Assembly: GCA_023213395.1 (NCBI GenBank)
Contig: CM041465.1
Coordinates: 47,995,741-48,059,740 of the forward strand
DNA length: 64,000 bases
Direction: 5' to 3'
Source of the DNA: Cycas panzhihuaensis
Lineage: Eukaryota; Plantae; Cycadophyta
Shown: one piece after another, positions 13,451-26,970 of the stretch
How the letters are laid out: each line of letters starts with the position of its first letter
How positions within the stretch are numbered: position 1 is the first letter of the stretch
Program-made: the position numbers and the translations under genes
Notes under the pieces: generated by a model
The model's database searches: none
What the model was told of the DNA's origin: nothing
Seen by the model: the letters and a program-made list of their open reading frames with translations, nothing else

Positions 13451-13948
13451 TTATTTTTATTTTTAAATTTCTAAGACAAAACAAGAGCATATGGTCTCTC
13501 ATGATTGGAGCATTGTAAACTTTTATTTTGAAATATAAAACAGTAGAAAGACATCACATCTAAAGACTATATTACAATGACCTAATGGTCTTAAACATTG
13601 ATAAAATTAAACCAAATGAACACTCATCTGTCTATTTAAATATGTGACACATGTTTGGTGACTACCATAGGAAAGTTTATGGTAGTAGGTTACTTTGTGA
13701 GAGGCGGTAGTTATATGTCAAAGGATTAAGGGGTGTGAAGTTGTTAAACTAGTAAGATAAAATATGATAATCTAGTCCTTAGTAATTAGGATTAGGATTT
13801 GTATGTATTTAGTTAAAATGTAAGATGTTTTTCTTTTTTTGAAATTAAAAAGTTTATATTATTAATGTTTTATGTTTGTTTAGATACTCTATTGGAATTA
13901 CTTTTATAATGATAAGGAGGATTGTGTGCATGCATGCATGTAGACATA

Positions 13949-13949
<1 letters not shown>

Positions 13950-13995
<46 letters not shown>
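13950..13995. repeat. (CA)23 microsatellite
   Basis: Read directly from the sequence. Confidence 0.97.
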
Positions 13996-13997
<2 letters not shown>

Positions 13998-15046
13998 GAA
14001 AAAAAAGAGTGGCCTAATGGGCCTACCTCTCTCCTTAAGGAGGATTTTTTAAACCTTGATAGTAAGAATATATTTTGTATCAAAGTTTAATAAATATGTT
14101 TGATCATAAAACATGATACATAATGGAATATACAAGACAACATAGATCTCATGTTGGATGCTCAACAATGAAGATTTAACCAAAATCATTAAGATTAAAG
14201 TGGAGGAACATGTAGCTTAATTTCTCATTGGTTGGCTTGGGTACCCTGACCATTAACCTAGTTATATGTAAGAACAATGGTGTTCTATTTTTTATTGAAT
14301 GGCTTGTTCTTTAGAGAAATAGTTAAGGGGGCTCTATATTACATACTATTAAAAAATTCCTATCTCTTTGAATAAAGGCCCTTTAGGTTCCATTTTGTTA
14401 TGGGTTTAACCTCCTCTTTGTTTTTGGCCCCTATTTTTATTTTTATGCTATTGTATTAAACTATGTTCTTTAGGAGGCATCATTTGATGCATAAAGAGTT
14501 GTTTTATAGTTATATATATGTGTTTGAATTGAAAGTTCTCTAATTAAACCTTATTAACCCAATTCTTTATAGTAAGTGATAGTTGTAAATATAACACACT
14601 TCACCTTGTGAATAAGAAAGATGTTTCTTTATTTGCAAACATTATAATATTTTTATATTTTCAAATTATATGCATAGCTTCCATGCACAATGCAAAGGTG
14701 AAAGTGGATTATATTTTAACATCCCCTAATATTATAATGAGGGTTTAGGCATATGTTATATGTCCTTTCAGATCATGTTGTAAGCTTTTCCCCCCCCCCT
14801 TTATTTAAAAAAATAAAGGGACAAGGAAGCATTGATTCATTTTTGTGATAAATTGCATATGATTGATTTCCTAATTTTCCTTATTTAATATTTCCCTAGA
14901 AGAAATCCAATGATATAAGAGACTAGCCAAGTTCGATTTTTTTGTTCATGAGTATCATTGTGTTCAAATTCCATGTGAATTTAATGTATATACATTTCTA
15001 ATACTTATAGATCTTTCTATAATAAACATGAAAGGCTCTATTTGCT

Positions 15047-15083
<37 letters not shown>
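15047..15083. repeat. (TC)n microsatellite, one interruption
   Basis: Read directly from the sequence. Confidence 0.95.
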
Positions 15084-15099
15084 TGGAAGTGGAGTATTT

Positions 15100-15660
15100 G
15101 GAATAATTATTGAAGACATTTCAAACCCATTTCTTCTATAAGCTACTTGTGGGAGTATTAGTTAGGGATGGATTAGAAAAAGCATTCAAATGGTTTCTAT
15201 GATAGACTTGTTAAGAGTTCTTGAGCCTCTATTTTTTATTTAAGCCCTTGTAAGGGATCCATCTTTTGACTTATCAAACATATTATGTATTTTACATAAG
15301 CCTTTCTTTGTGAGTCTATTTCCCTCAAATTATGGGATTTGATCTCAAAGGCATTTATCTTTTCTAATGCATGAGACTACTAGATAAAGGCCTAATTCTC
15401 CATCATTTGTAAGGATAATTTCTTATCTATTAGAAAGAACATATAATTCTCCAATGCCTTAAAGATAGTTTTGAAGACAAGGTTATTGATTACTCTATAG
15501 GAGTAAGGGTGAGGATTATATATATTGTGTAGGGGAAATGCATCAACATACAATAGCTTATCTCTAATTATATTATACCTTGTCAAAAGTTCTAGGCATT
15601 TTATTTCTTCATAGCCTATAAAGTCCATTTAGCATAAGGTGATTGGCTTATTCTTAGGAT
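15100..15660 (-). pseudogene. possible decayed L1-type LINE ORF2 fragment (region downstream of RT)
   Basis: ORF 15392-15628 and its flanks loosely resemble the plant L1 segment PITYLG...II.KI..KL...PIY.MS...K.IE...R.F. Weak similarity only. Confidence 0.3.
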
Positions 15661-16290
15661 GTTACAACCTCATTTTATCATTTTCTTGATATATACATAC
15701 ATGTGTATATACTACAATAATCCTTCAGGGTTGCATATGGATTGCATGGGTGAAAAATAGTAAAGATACACTAATACTATAAATTATCAAATGTTGTAGG
15801 TAATAGAATATTTATAACAACTCCTAATCATATTATAAAGAATTAAAAATTAAAATAGTAATAAATATAGTAATGTTTAAAGTAATTAAATAATGATAAT
15901 TAAAATAATTCATAATATAATGAAATTATATTTAATAATGTAATTTATATTTATTACAAAACATTCAATAAAATAATAGAATGTCTAATATAACTTACGT
16001 TTCTTTGAGGTAAGAAACAATGTCATATTTCAAGGATAAGAAGAGAAGAAAACTTCAAAAGAAAAAAATTCAAATAACTTACTCATTCCTTATATTTAAG
16101 ATCTCATCTCAATTATTAATTATTTTATAACAAAGTCATCTTTAAAATAATTAAGTTTCTAGGGTGATAGTTTAACAGATTATATTTATTATTGTAATCT
16201 TAAAATTGCCATAACTTTTTCATATGTTGTCTATTCTTGTCTCACAACCATTTATTTTAAAGCTAATAAGTGTTGAATATTAGATAAAGA

Positions 16291-16650
16291 TGTGTAATAT
16301 TGACTTGTGTTAAAGTCATTAATACGTGTGCATTATGAGTAATTGTGTATGTGCTCACCTCACTCATCTATCTTATGATTGGATAACATAATGGTATGTC
16401 ATGTGATTAGTTAGGCAATAGGTGGTGTGATATGTAATGGTATGTCATGTGATTAGTTAGGCAATAGGCTCTATTTAAAGGGGAAATTTATCACATAACA
16501 ATTAAGTGATTCATTATGAATGGAATAACATTTGTTGGCTCCTATTGTTTTTCACCCTTGCAGTTTTCTCCACATATAAATCTTATGTCTTACCTATCCT
16601 ATAATGCTTTAGTAATGTCTTTCAATTTCTATTAAATGGTATTAGACCCT
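16291..16650 (+). mobile_element. orphan LTR with a decayed PBS
   Basis: TGTG start, internal 34-bp direct duplication (16389-16422 / 16435-16468), CTATTTAAAG TATA-like box ~16471, then TGGTATTAGACCC (decayed iMet PBS) at 16637. Confidence 0.5.
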
Positions 16651-19600
16651 GGTTCATGTGGTTCTATTTGTGGAAGACTGAATGTTGAGTTTGAAATACA
16701 CATAATTGTTAGTGATTAGGATCGTGTGTCTTTAATTAAGTTCTTGTAATATTATCATCTATGGACTAAAAAATTCCATGCTAATGTTTGTATGGCGAGT
16801 CCATGTCTTATTGTTGGACATGCTTGATATGAGTGTTGTTGGATCACAGAAGTAGGCGTGACCACCTTTCTATGGCAATTATTTGGGACCCCATGTTAGT
16901 AGCCTCTTAATACCCATGGAGAAACTTGTAGTGTTCATTGATGTGCAAAGAAATCCCATGCGAAGTTATAGTTAATGGAGATGGGGGCAAGCAGTGTAAG
17001 ATTGAAGATCTTTGGTATCATTTTATTTTTCACATGATTGTATTTAAATGCTCATTATTTTGTAACTATTAGGTGGCTTGGTTTGTTGGTTAGTAGTTGT
17101 ATGCAACAAAAATTGGGAGGTGATCCTATATTGAGCTTTCTTCTTATTGATAGATGGGTGTCTTGTTTAAGTCATTAAGCTTTGGAGGATGCCCTTGTTG
17201 CCTGCATAAGGGTATTGTCTTAGTTTTTTTCTTAAGATCAATAATTTTTTTTTAGGTGATGATCTTTATATCCTAGAGACAATTCGAGTGAGAAGATTGA
17301 TAAAGATAATTTTCTTTGGTTGAAAATATTAGTCTTAAGATTTATGATTTTGAAATTTTGAATAACAATGTAAGGTTACAACACAAACGATAAGGTTGAA
17401 GATTGAAGTAAAGATGCAAGATACAAAGGTTTAAGACTTAAAAGATTAGTAATATTGTTCTTCTGTGTCTTACACCCTCTTACATTAGAAGTCAAGAATT
17501 GAAGGAAAGACCCTTAAAATGTGGGATGTAGGCCATGGGAAAAGGCATGTACTTGAATGAATTAGGACTGTTAGATGAAGGCAGTCGACAACATCATAAC
17601 TATTAAAGATGGAAAATGAAAGTTCAATTTACATTTAGAAGTTTTCATAAAATTTCTCTACGCATCCTATATAGAGAAAGTAAGAAAGTAATATGGGGTG
17701 TCAGTCAAGATCCAAGTGCAGGCAGTCCCTGCATCTCACATCTCATACCCCTTGCATCCTGTAACCCCATATATAGTACTCATAATGTAAGCTTATATAA
17801 TATTGGTGTGGGAGTGGATCTACTGCAATAAAAATATATTTCATTAATTTTTCCCACTCAACTCACTAAATGCCTAATAAATATTCTAATGTTCCTTTTA
17901 ATATGTGGATTTAATTTGTACGTTTCCCTCCTTTTGGTTTTATAATTGAGTTGGTTCATTTATTATCCTATGGTTACTTGCATTAGACCTTTGAAACCTC
18001 TTAAGTTCCTAAAATAAGGTGCTATTATTTGCATTTGAGCATTTTTGATGAGATGACCTAAAGAACTCAATATTTTATGAGCAAGTTATGGTATCCACTA
18101 GTCGAAAGATCAAGAATCATCTAATCCAAATCATTGGTCATGTATAAGATTGCTTAAAATTGCTATCTGTGATGAATATAATTTAGCTATGAGGAAACTA
18201 AAGAGTTCTAGCTTGTTTCGAACAAGCTATATTATTAAAACAATGCTTATTGATTGTTTCGTTAAGGTGTGTATTTCTTGGTTTAATAAGGATAATAGAG
18301 AGATCCTCAATAAGGGAAGAAAATGATTTTTCTTTCTTACATCATAATTTTTCAAAGGATTCTAGTTTGTTTAGAGCCTACTAAGATACTATCTCTAAAT
18401 AAAATTAACTCTTTGAATAAGAGGACTGCTCCACATCATGCATATCTTTTTCAGGAAAAAGAAAAACCCAAAAGAAAAGAAAATGGAAGTGTGAATTTAC
18501 CATCAAAGAGTTAAAAGAAAGAGAGATAATGAGTAGGGGACATGGGGTTAACTCTAATATATTTAAGAGGCTTGTTAAGCATAAGAACTATAAGGTAAAT
18601 ATAAAGGAAACATAGTGGGAAGTCCAACCTAAAGGAAACCTCTAATTACTTTAAATGATCTAAGAATTGGTGAGGCCAACATTGTTGGTCCATCCCTCAA
18701 AGCTAAAGAAATTTTAAAAAATATATGGTGAAATAAAATAAATTGATCACAGACAATAACCAACTCTTGTTAAACATTTCTATTAGATTGCATATGAAAA
18801 AGATATGGGCACTCTTGCGTGAATTTAAAACCTACATATCACTGATTAGATCTGAGTCACTATAAAATGCTAAATGTGGCATGAAGAAATCAAAATAGGT
18901 ACTAAAGATGATATTTAGGTAGTTTAGTTAGTTCCTAATGTAACCACCAACCCTTCAGCTACAATAAAATGGGGGGGAACTTCTTCATTTTAAAAAGGGA
19001 GATCTTTGAGGATTTTTTTCCTTTTTTTTCTTTTCTCCTTCTTGTGAAGGATCATTGTAAGTAGGGATTTTAAATATTTAGCTATTTGGCTTGTAGGTTT
19101 TGAGATTTTAGTTGCTTGGTATATTTTCACTTTAAGGCTTCAAGGCTTGTAAATTTTACTCACAAGTTTTGGAAGTGCAATTGAGAGAGTGCTAGTTATA
19201 CTCACTCCTCTCAATTTATATGTTTCATGTTATCAATGAATCAAAATTCCATTTAATTAGTCATATCTATTATTTAGATGAATGTTCATGATCATGTTAT
19301 GGTAGTGTAGTCTTTTTTTTTACTTATATACTCTAGATTACATTTTAGATTGATTTCACTTTACTTGAGTTTCTTCCTTTATTATTTAAATGTTGTATTA
19401 AACATTTAATAACATAGTTCTATCCTAAACATCACACTTTTATTGTTAGTTATCTCTCTCTATTTTTTTTTTTGTGGTATCATTTAGGAATGCTTCGCAG
19501 ACTAGTTCATTTGCCTTTTTGAGAGATATTTTGTTGGAAGGAATAGAAAATTTGGATAATAGCTTTGGCAACCAAATTCGTGAGACCTTCTTTCTAGCTT

Positions 19601-19985
19601 TTACACTATTCCTTTATTCTCTTATTTTTTATTTTTCCATCTTTTATACCCATATGGTGTAGTTTACTTTCTTCAACCTGGAGTTTTCTTAAAAACCATG
19701 TACCTACTAAGATAGGTCCTAAGGCATTGAAGAAGAGCTTCTTCATTCCCCTCTTAATAGAGATCCTAGAGGCTCAAATATTTCTCTTACCCAAACTCTT
19801 GAATATAAATTTAAGAAAGAAAAGATTGCACAAACTAGTCAAGTAAATCATTTCTTTTACAAAGGGAACAAGTTTAATCATGATTCGTTAGAAGACATGG
19901 GTGATAAAGAGGTTGGTAGGAATCGTTACTCGTGGGGTAAGGATACTCTTCCCTAGTCACAAAGTGATCCACTAGCCTTGGAGTG

Positions 19986-20427
19986 TGTCGGGGCATATTT
20001 GGTTAGGAGCAAAATATAATTGTTAAAATGTTAGATTTACTGTATGGTAACCAATATGTTAATAAATGATTAGTCGAGTAGAGGTTATTGAAAGGTCATT
20101 ACGATGGGTTATTTAAGAAGTATATATATGATGAGCTTGGGCATAAGAGGGGGAGATTAGAGGAGTACCGAACAATGTTCTATGTTACACATACAAACAC
20201 TAGTGAATGGTATGGGATGACCATTTATTAGCTCCTTATTCATGATCATGATGTTGTACTCAATTTTGTTGTAATAATAATAAACAATATGGTTGATGAC
20301 ATTGGTTTATATATGTTTTTGTACTTATTCTTAATGTTGGATATTATATATATGATTGTGTTGTGTTGTTGTATTATGACTAATTTCTTTCTTTTCTTAG
20401 GAGGACCCAAAAAATATTATGTTAATA
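19986..20427 (+). repeat. 5' LTR of the Athila-like element
   Basis: Starts TGTCGGGGCATATTT, ends ATTATGTTAATA, aligns with 50581-51053. Confidence 0.9.
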
Positions 20428-21149
20428 TCTAGCCCCATTGCCAATTGAAGAATGAGAAAAGATGAAGGAGACAGAATAAGTTATTGATGATAATTAGAAG
20501 TAGATGACGATCTTGGATCCAAATGCAAACTCAACATGATTGGTAGAATTGGTGTGAATTAACAAAATCTTGAAGCCATTAGGAAGTTAAAGCCCTTTTT
20601 ATTACAATAGGGTATTATAGGGTACTATATTGATGACATTATAATTATAAAACCAATGATACTAGCTAACATTTTAGATCATGATTAATTTTAGTGCTTG
20701 GTTTAGGAATAGATTGATTATCGTACATTTTTAAGTATACCATTGATACAACAAGTCATCAACCACAATTAAGAAGATCTTCACGAATATGTACATCAAG
20801 ATAATAAACAAATAATTCATCAAGTCAAATTGATTGGTCAACCATAGATCATGCATGACAAGTTTGGAAAATGTGGGAGTAACAACATAGGCTAAATCTA
20901 ATTTTAAAAGAGACTGATGAGGCATTTATATATTTGAGTCTTCAAGAACACAAATGATCCTCGATAGATAACACCATATAAGTAAAAGAATATACGAGCC
21001 CCAAATAAGGACGAACCTTATTCCAAATAAGGACAGGCCTTATTGGGAAGTTTTATGGATGAAAATACATGGATCGTAAGAATGAGTTTATACAACGAAG
21101 GCTTTTGTAACTAAGAGACAAAAGATTACTAGTAAAGCCACTTATACCA

Positions 21150-22961
21150 ACTATGGTAATGCTTAAGGGTACAAAATAGAAATTACCAACATCTAATACG
21201 GAGACAGATGAAGATCCAACTTAGCATTATAACATGTGAGAGACAATGTAGATGGCCAACAAAGAAACTGATAAAGATCACTAACTTAAGCATTCCTAAC
21301 AAATCTACATGACATTACAAATGATTAGTTTAAAGAGTTCAATGAAGGGCATTTTGCAAAATGTAATGATTTGCACAATGCCTTCAAAAAAGAATTTAGA
21401 CTTTTATGAGATGACAATAAGATTGTAGATCAAATATACAACCTCAAGCAGGAAGTTAAGGAGATGATTAGAAGTTATAATACTAAGTTAAAATGTTTGA
21501 TTAAGAAAATAGAAAGTGAAATACCTAATGGACTATGAAAGAGATGGTTTTTGGAAGGGGTACTTGCAAAATATAGAAGAAAACTTCGTGTAGTTTAACC
21601 CACATCACACTAGAAAGTAATTGATCAGGTAATGAGTCTAGAAATCGAGGACAAAGCAAAGGCATGGCATTAGACTAAAACCATAGAAATTGAGGACAAA
21701 GAAGAATATTCTATTGAGGCATTATAGGATGATTTGATGAGAATAATGAAAGATTTCATATAGAAACAATCAAAGGAACGTTGATAAATGTGGTGCATGA
21801 AGTGTAGGATAGAAGGACACATGGAGTTAGAATGTCCTAAGAACCAAGTATTAAATACTACCACACATGCAAGATGAATAATCATGATATAAACAAGTGT
21901 GGTTTTAATACTAAAGGATATAGATAATAAGATTATGATGTGTTTCTAGCATGACAAAAAACCAGTAGACCTCCCTTTGAATACGAGTATGGATCCAATC
22001 GATTAGTATTAAGAGACCCTTAAGGATGGCCCATGGTCTAATTCTTTTAATGTAAGTTATGGGGGCATTTTATCAGAGATTGCCCAAATAGAGAAAATAA
22101 TTCTACAACAACATTATGTTGATGCTATGAACTAGGAGATCACGACGATTGCTCCTAACAATAATATAAGTCAATGAATTGGGTCGACATTGAACCAACT
22201 GAAGACGTAGGTACTAGTAAAACTATACCTGTGTATGCAATCTATATAAGAAGAAATAAGAGGCACAAATATTATGATCCTAAAGAAGAGAGGGTACAAC
22301 TACAACAAGCCCAAGACTCAATATGGTCTGTTTAGAGATAATATAAGCAAATAAACACGACACCAATAACATCATAGCAAAGATAATCTATATAAAACAT
22401 CCCATGGAAAAACATGCCAATATTGCCAATACAAAAGATGATGACAGTACCGACACAAAAAGGCAATAAAGTAACCAACATTAATTAACCAATTTCTACA
22501 AATAGAAATTCTAGTCAAGATTCTAACAACTACAACATGATCCTTCACTTCTACAAACTTTTATGGAATGCACATACAAATAGGTGCCATTACTTTATGT
22601 CAATACCAAAAGGATCTAGTAAAAGTAAAGGAAAAAAAGTCTCCTCACAAATTAATAACAATTATTACAAAAGACCTTTGTAATAGGGGCAATGGTTGAA
22701 GATGACCCCAATGTAGACAAACTCTAAGTAGAGCATTATATCTAATTCTTAAGAGTTGACCACGATATAATAATAATTGTGACATTATTAGGACATGTCT
22801 TAGAGAATATAATAGTAGATAGGGGCACAAGAGTTAACATCATACCTATAACAACTTGGGAAAGAATGGGCAAACCTAAACTATGGCCATGTAGATTTTA
22901 ATTAAGATTGGTAAACCAATATGGTGTACAACCCTTAGGGACGATGATGGTATACAAGATC
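21150..22961 (+). pseudogene. gypsy gag (up to four CCHC knuckles) and protease N-terminal part
   Basis: WCMKCRIEGHMELECP at 21791, further decayed knuckles to ~22155, protease-like IIVD.G..VNI at ~22810-22845. Confidence 0.75.
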
Positions 22962-25900
22962 TATGAGATAAAGGATTATATATGGAATTAATAAATGTAC
23001 ACTCAATAATGCATCTAAAAGATAAGATGAGATAGCAGGTACAATTGGTCTACCTATAACTTAAAATTTTATTCATTTAGAATGACCTCCAATCTAAATG
23101 CACAATACATCATATATGTTACACCTTAATATACATTTAGGTTTAGTAACAATTGACAAAAGATTTTATAATTGCCTAACATTTGTCATCACTCCATTTA
23201 GGACTCTAATAACTCCTATAACATATGCTACAAATCCATTTAGGATTTTAGTAACTCTTATGATACATGTTGTCAACCTTGATGACTCATAGCTCAATTT
23301 ATCCTGATATGAACATTAATTCCAATACTCTCCTTTAATGTTCATGAGATTAACTAAATTTATCAGACTAGCCTATTAGCAAAGCATTAAGCCTCGCCTT
23401 TGATCTTCGTTTACCCTTTATCTTAGGCAGTTGATCTTGCTCAATGGTCTTCATATACTATTTAAGAAATTTGATGGATGGAATGACCTTAGGCTTTTAT
23501 TGTGTCTCTAAAGTGTGTTCAAAATTCTCCTCTTCAAAATTTTCCTCCTTTGGCTTGATAACCTACTGACTCAAAGAACTTAATTCAACCTATTCCTTAG
23601 TCTACTGTCCTTTATCTTTCTAAATCTTCTAGATGTTTAGATCTTGACTTTGGTCTATGACCTACTTATTAGCCTCTTTGGAGATGACTTCTGCAACCTA
23701 TTTGTCATCCTTTTCAAAGATAATCTCTCAAGTTATATGAACCTTTCTGGTTGTCAACTCGTATATTTGGTATACTTTCATCTCTTTGTTGTACCCAATA
23801 AGAATGCCTTTCAAGCTTTTATGGACAAGTTCTTGATGTACATCTTTGAAAATTTACATGTTATGCTTCTGAAGATTTTGCGATGGCTAACTATAGGCTT
23901 ATGACCTGACTATGTTTCTTCAAGTGTTTTATCCTGTACAACTTTAGTTATACTCCTATTTGTTAAGTAATCTATTGTACCAATTACTTTTTCCCAAAAG
24001 ATGTTTGAGAGATTCTTGTCCTTCATCAACAACTTTGCTTTATCAACTAACAAACTGTTCATTATCTCAACTAATCTATCTTGTTGACGAAAGTATGTTG
24101 ATGTCAATTGTTTTATGACATGGTCCTTATAACATATACAAAGTATCTAGAGCTAAATTCTCTTCTATTATATGACTTTAGTATTTTGATTTTTTATTCG
24201 CTTCCTTCTCCACTTTCGCTTTAAACTCCTTAAATGTCTTGAACACCTAAGATCTCTTCTTTAAAGGATAAATCAAAATTTTGTTGGAATAGTTATTAAT
24301 GAAGGCTAAGAGATATTTTACATCTCTAAGAGAAGTTTTCAATAAAGGACCATAAATGTCTAAGTGAATTAGGCTTAACTTTTTAGTCACCTTACCTTTC
24401 GAAAATCTTTCCTTATGTTACTTTCCATTAATACCAGAATCACACATACCCTTTCTTGCTCTGAACTTTAGGAGTCTATGTACCATATTCAACTTCTTCT
24501 TCAATTGAAGGCTAGTGAAATATAAATGTCCCAACCTTTCATGCCACAATTGAATCTTATTTACTACCCCTATAATCAAATATGCTATTTGGTTTATAAA
24601 CATATCTAAGAGTCGATAAAGAAAATTTTCTCTTACACCTTCTGTAATAATTTTGTCTTCACGATCACTAATAATCACCTTTCCATCCTTAAAGAGAACA
24701 CTCATACCATTGTCCTGAATATAATTGACAAAAGTCATATTCTTCTTTAATCTGGGCATATATAAAACATTCTCCATATAATAATTATTATGGTTTGTAG
24801 TTATAATTAGAACCTCTCTAATGTTTTTTATAGTTAATATTCTATTGTCTCTTAGAAATAAAGTTTACCTGGATGCCTTCCACATGTGCCTAAACTAATC
24901 AAATTTGTTTGTCATGTGTATGGAAGCACTTGAATCTATATATCGAATATTATTATACTTTTTATTATGCGCTACCATACTCTGTTAATCCGCAACATGT
25001 TGCAAACTATTTCTATGCTACTAGCTAGCTTGTAACAATCTACAATATCTCTTGATATGTTTTGGTTTCTTTCAATAATGGTAGGTTCTCTGAGACCTTT
25101 TAATTAAGTAGGAAAATATATATACTCCACTCATTTTTGATGCAAAATGTAACAAAATAACTAAAAACTCAGAAAATAGTAAACATTAAATAGCCTTAAG
25201 ATAATATACTCAAATTTTATTAATTGCAACTAATAGTGGATCCCTTAGTCACCATGCAGAGTGCTAACAAATCAATTTAAATCATCGGACACCATACAAA
25301 GCTAAAATTTACTTATGTGACTCTGCTAGTTACAAAGAACACAAAAATTTATAACAAAAAGGTGTTGTTTATTTTAATAGCAAATCTTCTTATGATTCAA
25401 AAAAATGACTTAACTTTTATAAAAACCACAAGACCAAGGAACAACTAACCAAGGGGCTATATAACTCAACTGAAAATTAAAAGTGACTAGATGTAACCAA
25501 CAACGTTAACACAAAAAAAAAAAAAGAAAATTATTTGAAGAATATAACCGGCGACTAAATTTGTGTGTTTGGCGCTGATCGATTCACGTTTGCGTCGAAC
25601 ACGTTATCGCCTTCGCCCCAAACGTTGGTGAGTCTTCCATTCGAAGAAATATCACTCATTTGAAGATTCAAATGGAGAAGCGATCGTTGCAAATCCTAAT
25701 CACAAACAACAATAAATACTTTTGAATCCTCAATTGTTGTCAGCCGCTACGGAGAAGGTAACTAAATAACCGACGTATATCATCATCTTCACTGGAGTTT
25801 TGCCTCTGGAGTCTCCCATTTGAAGGAAAGGCGGATCTACTGCCATGAAAGGGCATCAAACTCGACCAACTCCTGCTATGGGGAGAAAGGTTCCCTGTGA

Positions 25901-26970
25901 ACAGAATTCCATAACTCTATTCAAGACACCATGGGGCAGCAACCAGATGAATCAGTGATGACAAGGGTCAACAAGGCAGAAAGGGATGCGGGAGCATTAC
26001 AAAGTGCAGGTCTCGCAGATGTTTCGAGTCTCCCCAAGACGTGGCCAAGAGAAAGAAGCAGATCAGCCGTGCCAAGAGAATAAGGTGAAATCAACTTTCT
26101 TGGGTTTTGCTTTTGCTCCCAATACGGTGGAGAGGAGGTTGACCCTTCCAAGCTGGCCACTGCTGAAACTACTCACCAATCGATCTCCATGAAGCACGCA
26201 ACCTCGCTGCCATGAATTCGACTTCGAACCAGGGTGTCGCCTTGTGAGATATATAATCTTTCATTCGTACATGTTGCAGAGTAGTGCTACAAAGCTAACA
26301 CCAGGCAGGAGCCTCCACAAAGATTAAATCTATTAACATCGCCATAACATACATGCCTTTACATATTTAACAAAGCCCTTATTACTTTTCAGATGACTTC
26401 TTCTCCCATGGATATGAAACCTTTCCAAAATCTCAAAGGATGGTTGACTTTAACTAATGCAAACTTGCTCTCTTATAAAGCATCACAAATAATACCTACA
26501 ATAGCTACAATGACTAGGGATAACTCAATAGAACTGAAATTAGCAAAATTTTATAAACAAGTCTATAATGTTTTATATATTATTGGCTATAAAATTGATC
26601 TATAGAATTGGTTTACCTATAACTTGAAATTTCATTTATAACTTCAAAATTTCATTTCTCTAGAATGACCTTCAATCCAAATATACAATACATCACATAT
26701 GTCACACCTTAATATATAGTTAGTTAGGTCCAACAATAGTCCATGAATACACCACATATGTCACACCTTAATATATAGTTAGTTATGTCCAACAACAGTC
26801 CATGAAAGATTCTGTAATTACTTAAAATTTGTCATTACTCCATTTAGGACTCTAATAACTCTTGTGACATGTTACAAATTCATTTAAGACTTTAGTAACT
26901 CTTATGACACATGTCATCAACCTTGATGACTCACACCTCAATTTATTCTCATATGAACATTAATTCAATA
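22962..26970 (-). mobile_element. non-autonomous copia element (gag remnant, protease, integrase; no RT or RNase H) inserted in the gypsy protease
   Basis: TSD AGATC (22957-22961 / 26971-26975), 3' LTR 22962-23327, PPT 23328-23336, partial 5' LTR 26601-26970. ORFs 24418-24777 (NVLY.P.LKKN...LWHERLGHL) and 23910-24107 (integrase core). Confidence 0.88.

Noticed and set aside
17369-17797. Possible MITE with TGTAAGGTTACA / TGTAAGCTTATA ends and GATGCAAG / CTTGCATC subterminal motifs
   Set aside because: The terminal match is short and near-palindromic, and no convincing TSD was found.
21001-21045. 22-bp tandem duplication with a small hairpin (also a 24-bp duplication at ~29373-29420)
   Set aside because: Ordinary slippage-type duplications inside a dead element.
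26060-26080. AGCCGTGCCAA matches the core of miR171
   Set aside because: Only an 11-nt match, and there is no complementary star arm nearby to form a precursor hairpin.
26215-26252. Possible alternative LTR end and PBS (TTCGAACCAGGGTGTCGCC-T-TGTGAGATA)
   Set aside because: Only about 9 nt resemble the LTR terminus, and the tract does not match a tRNA 3' end that I can identify.
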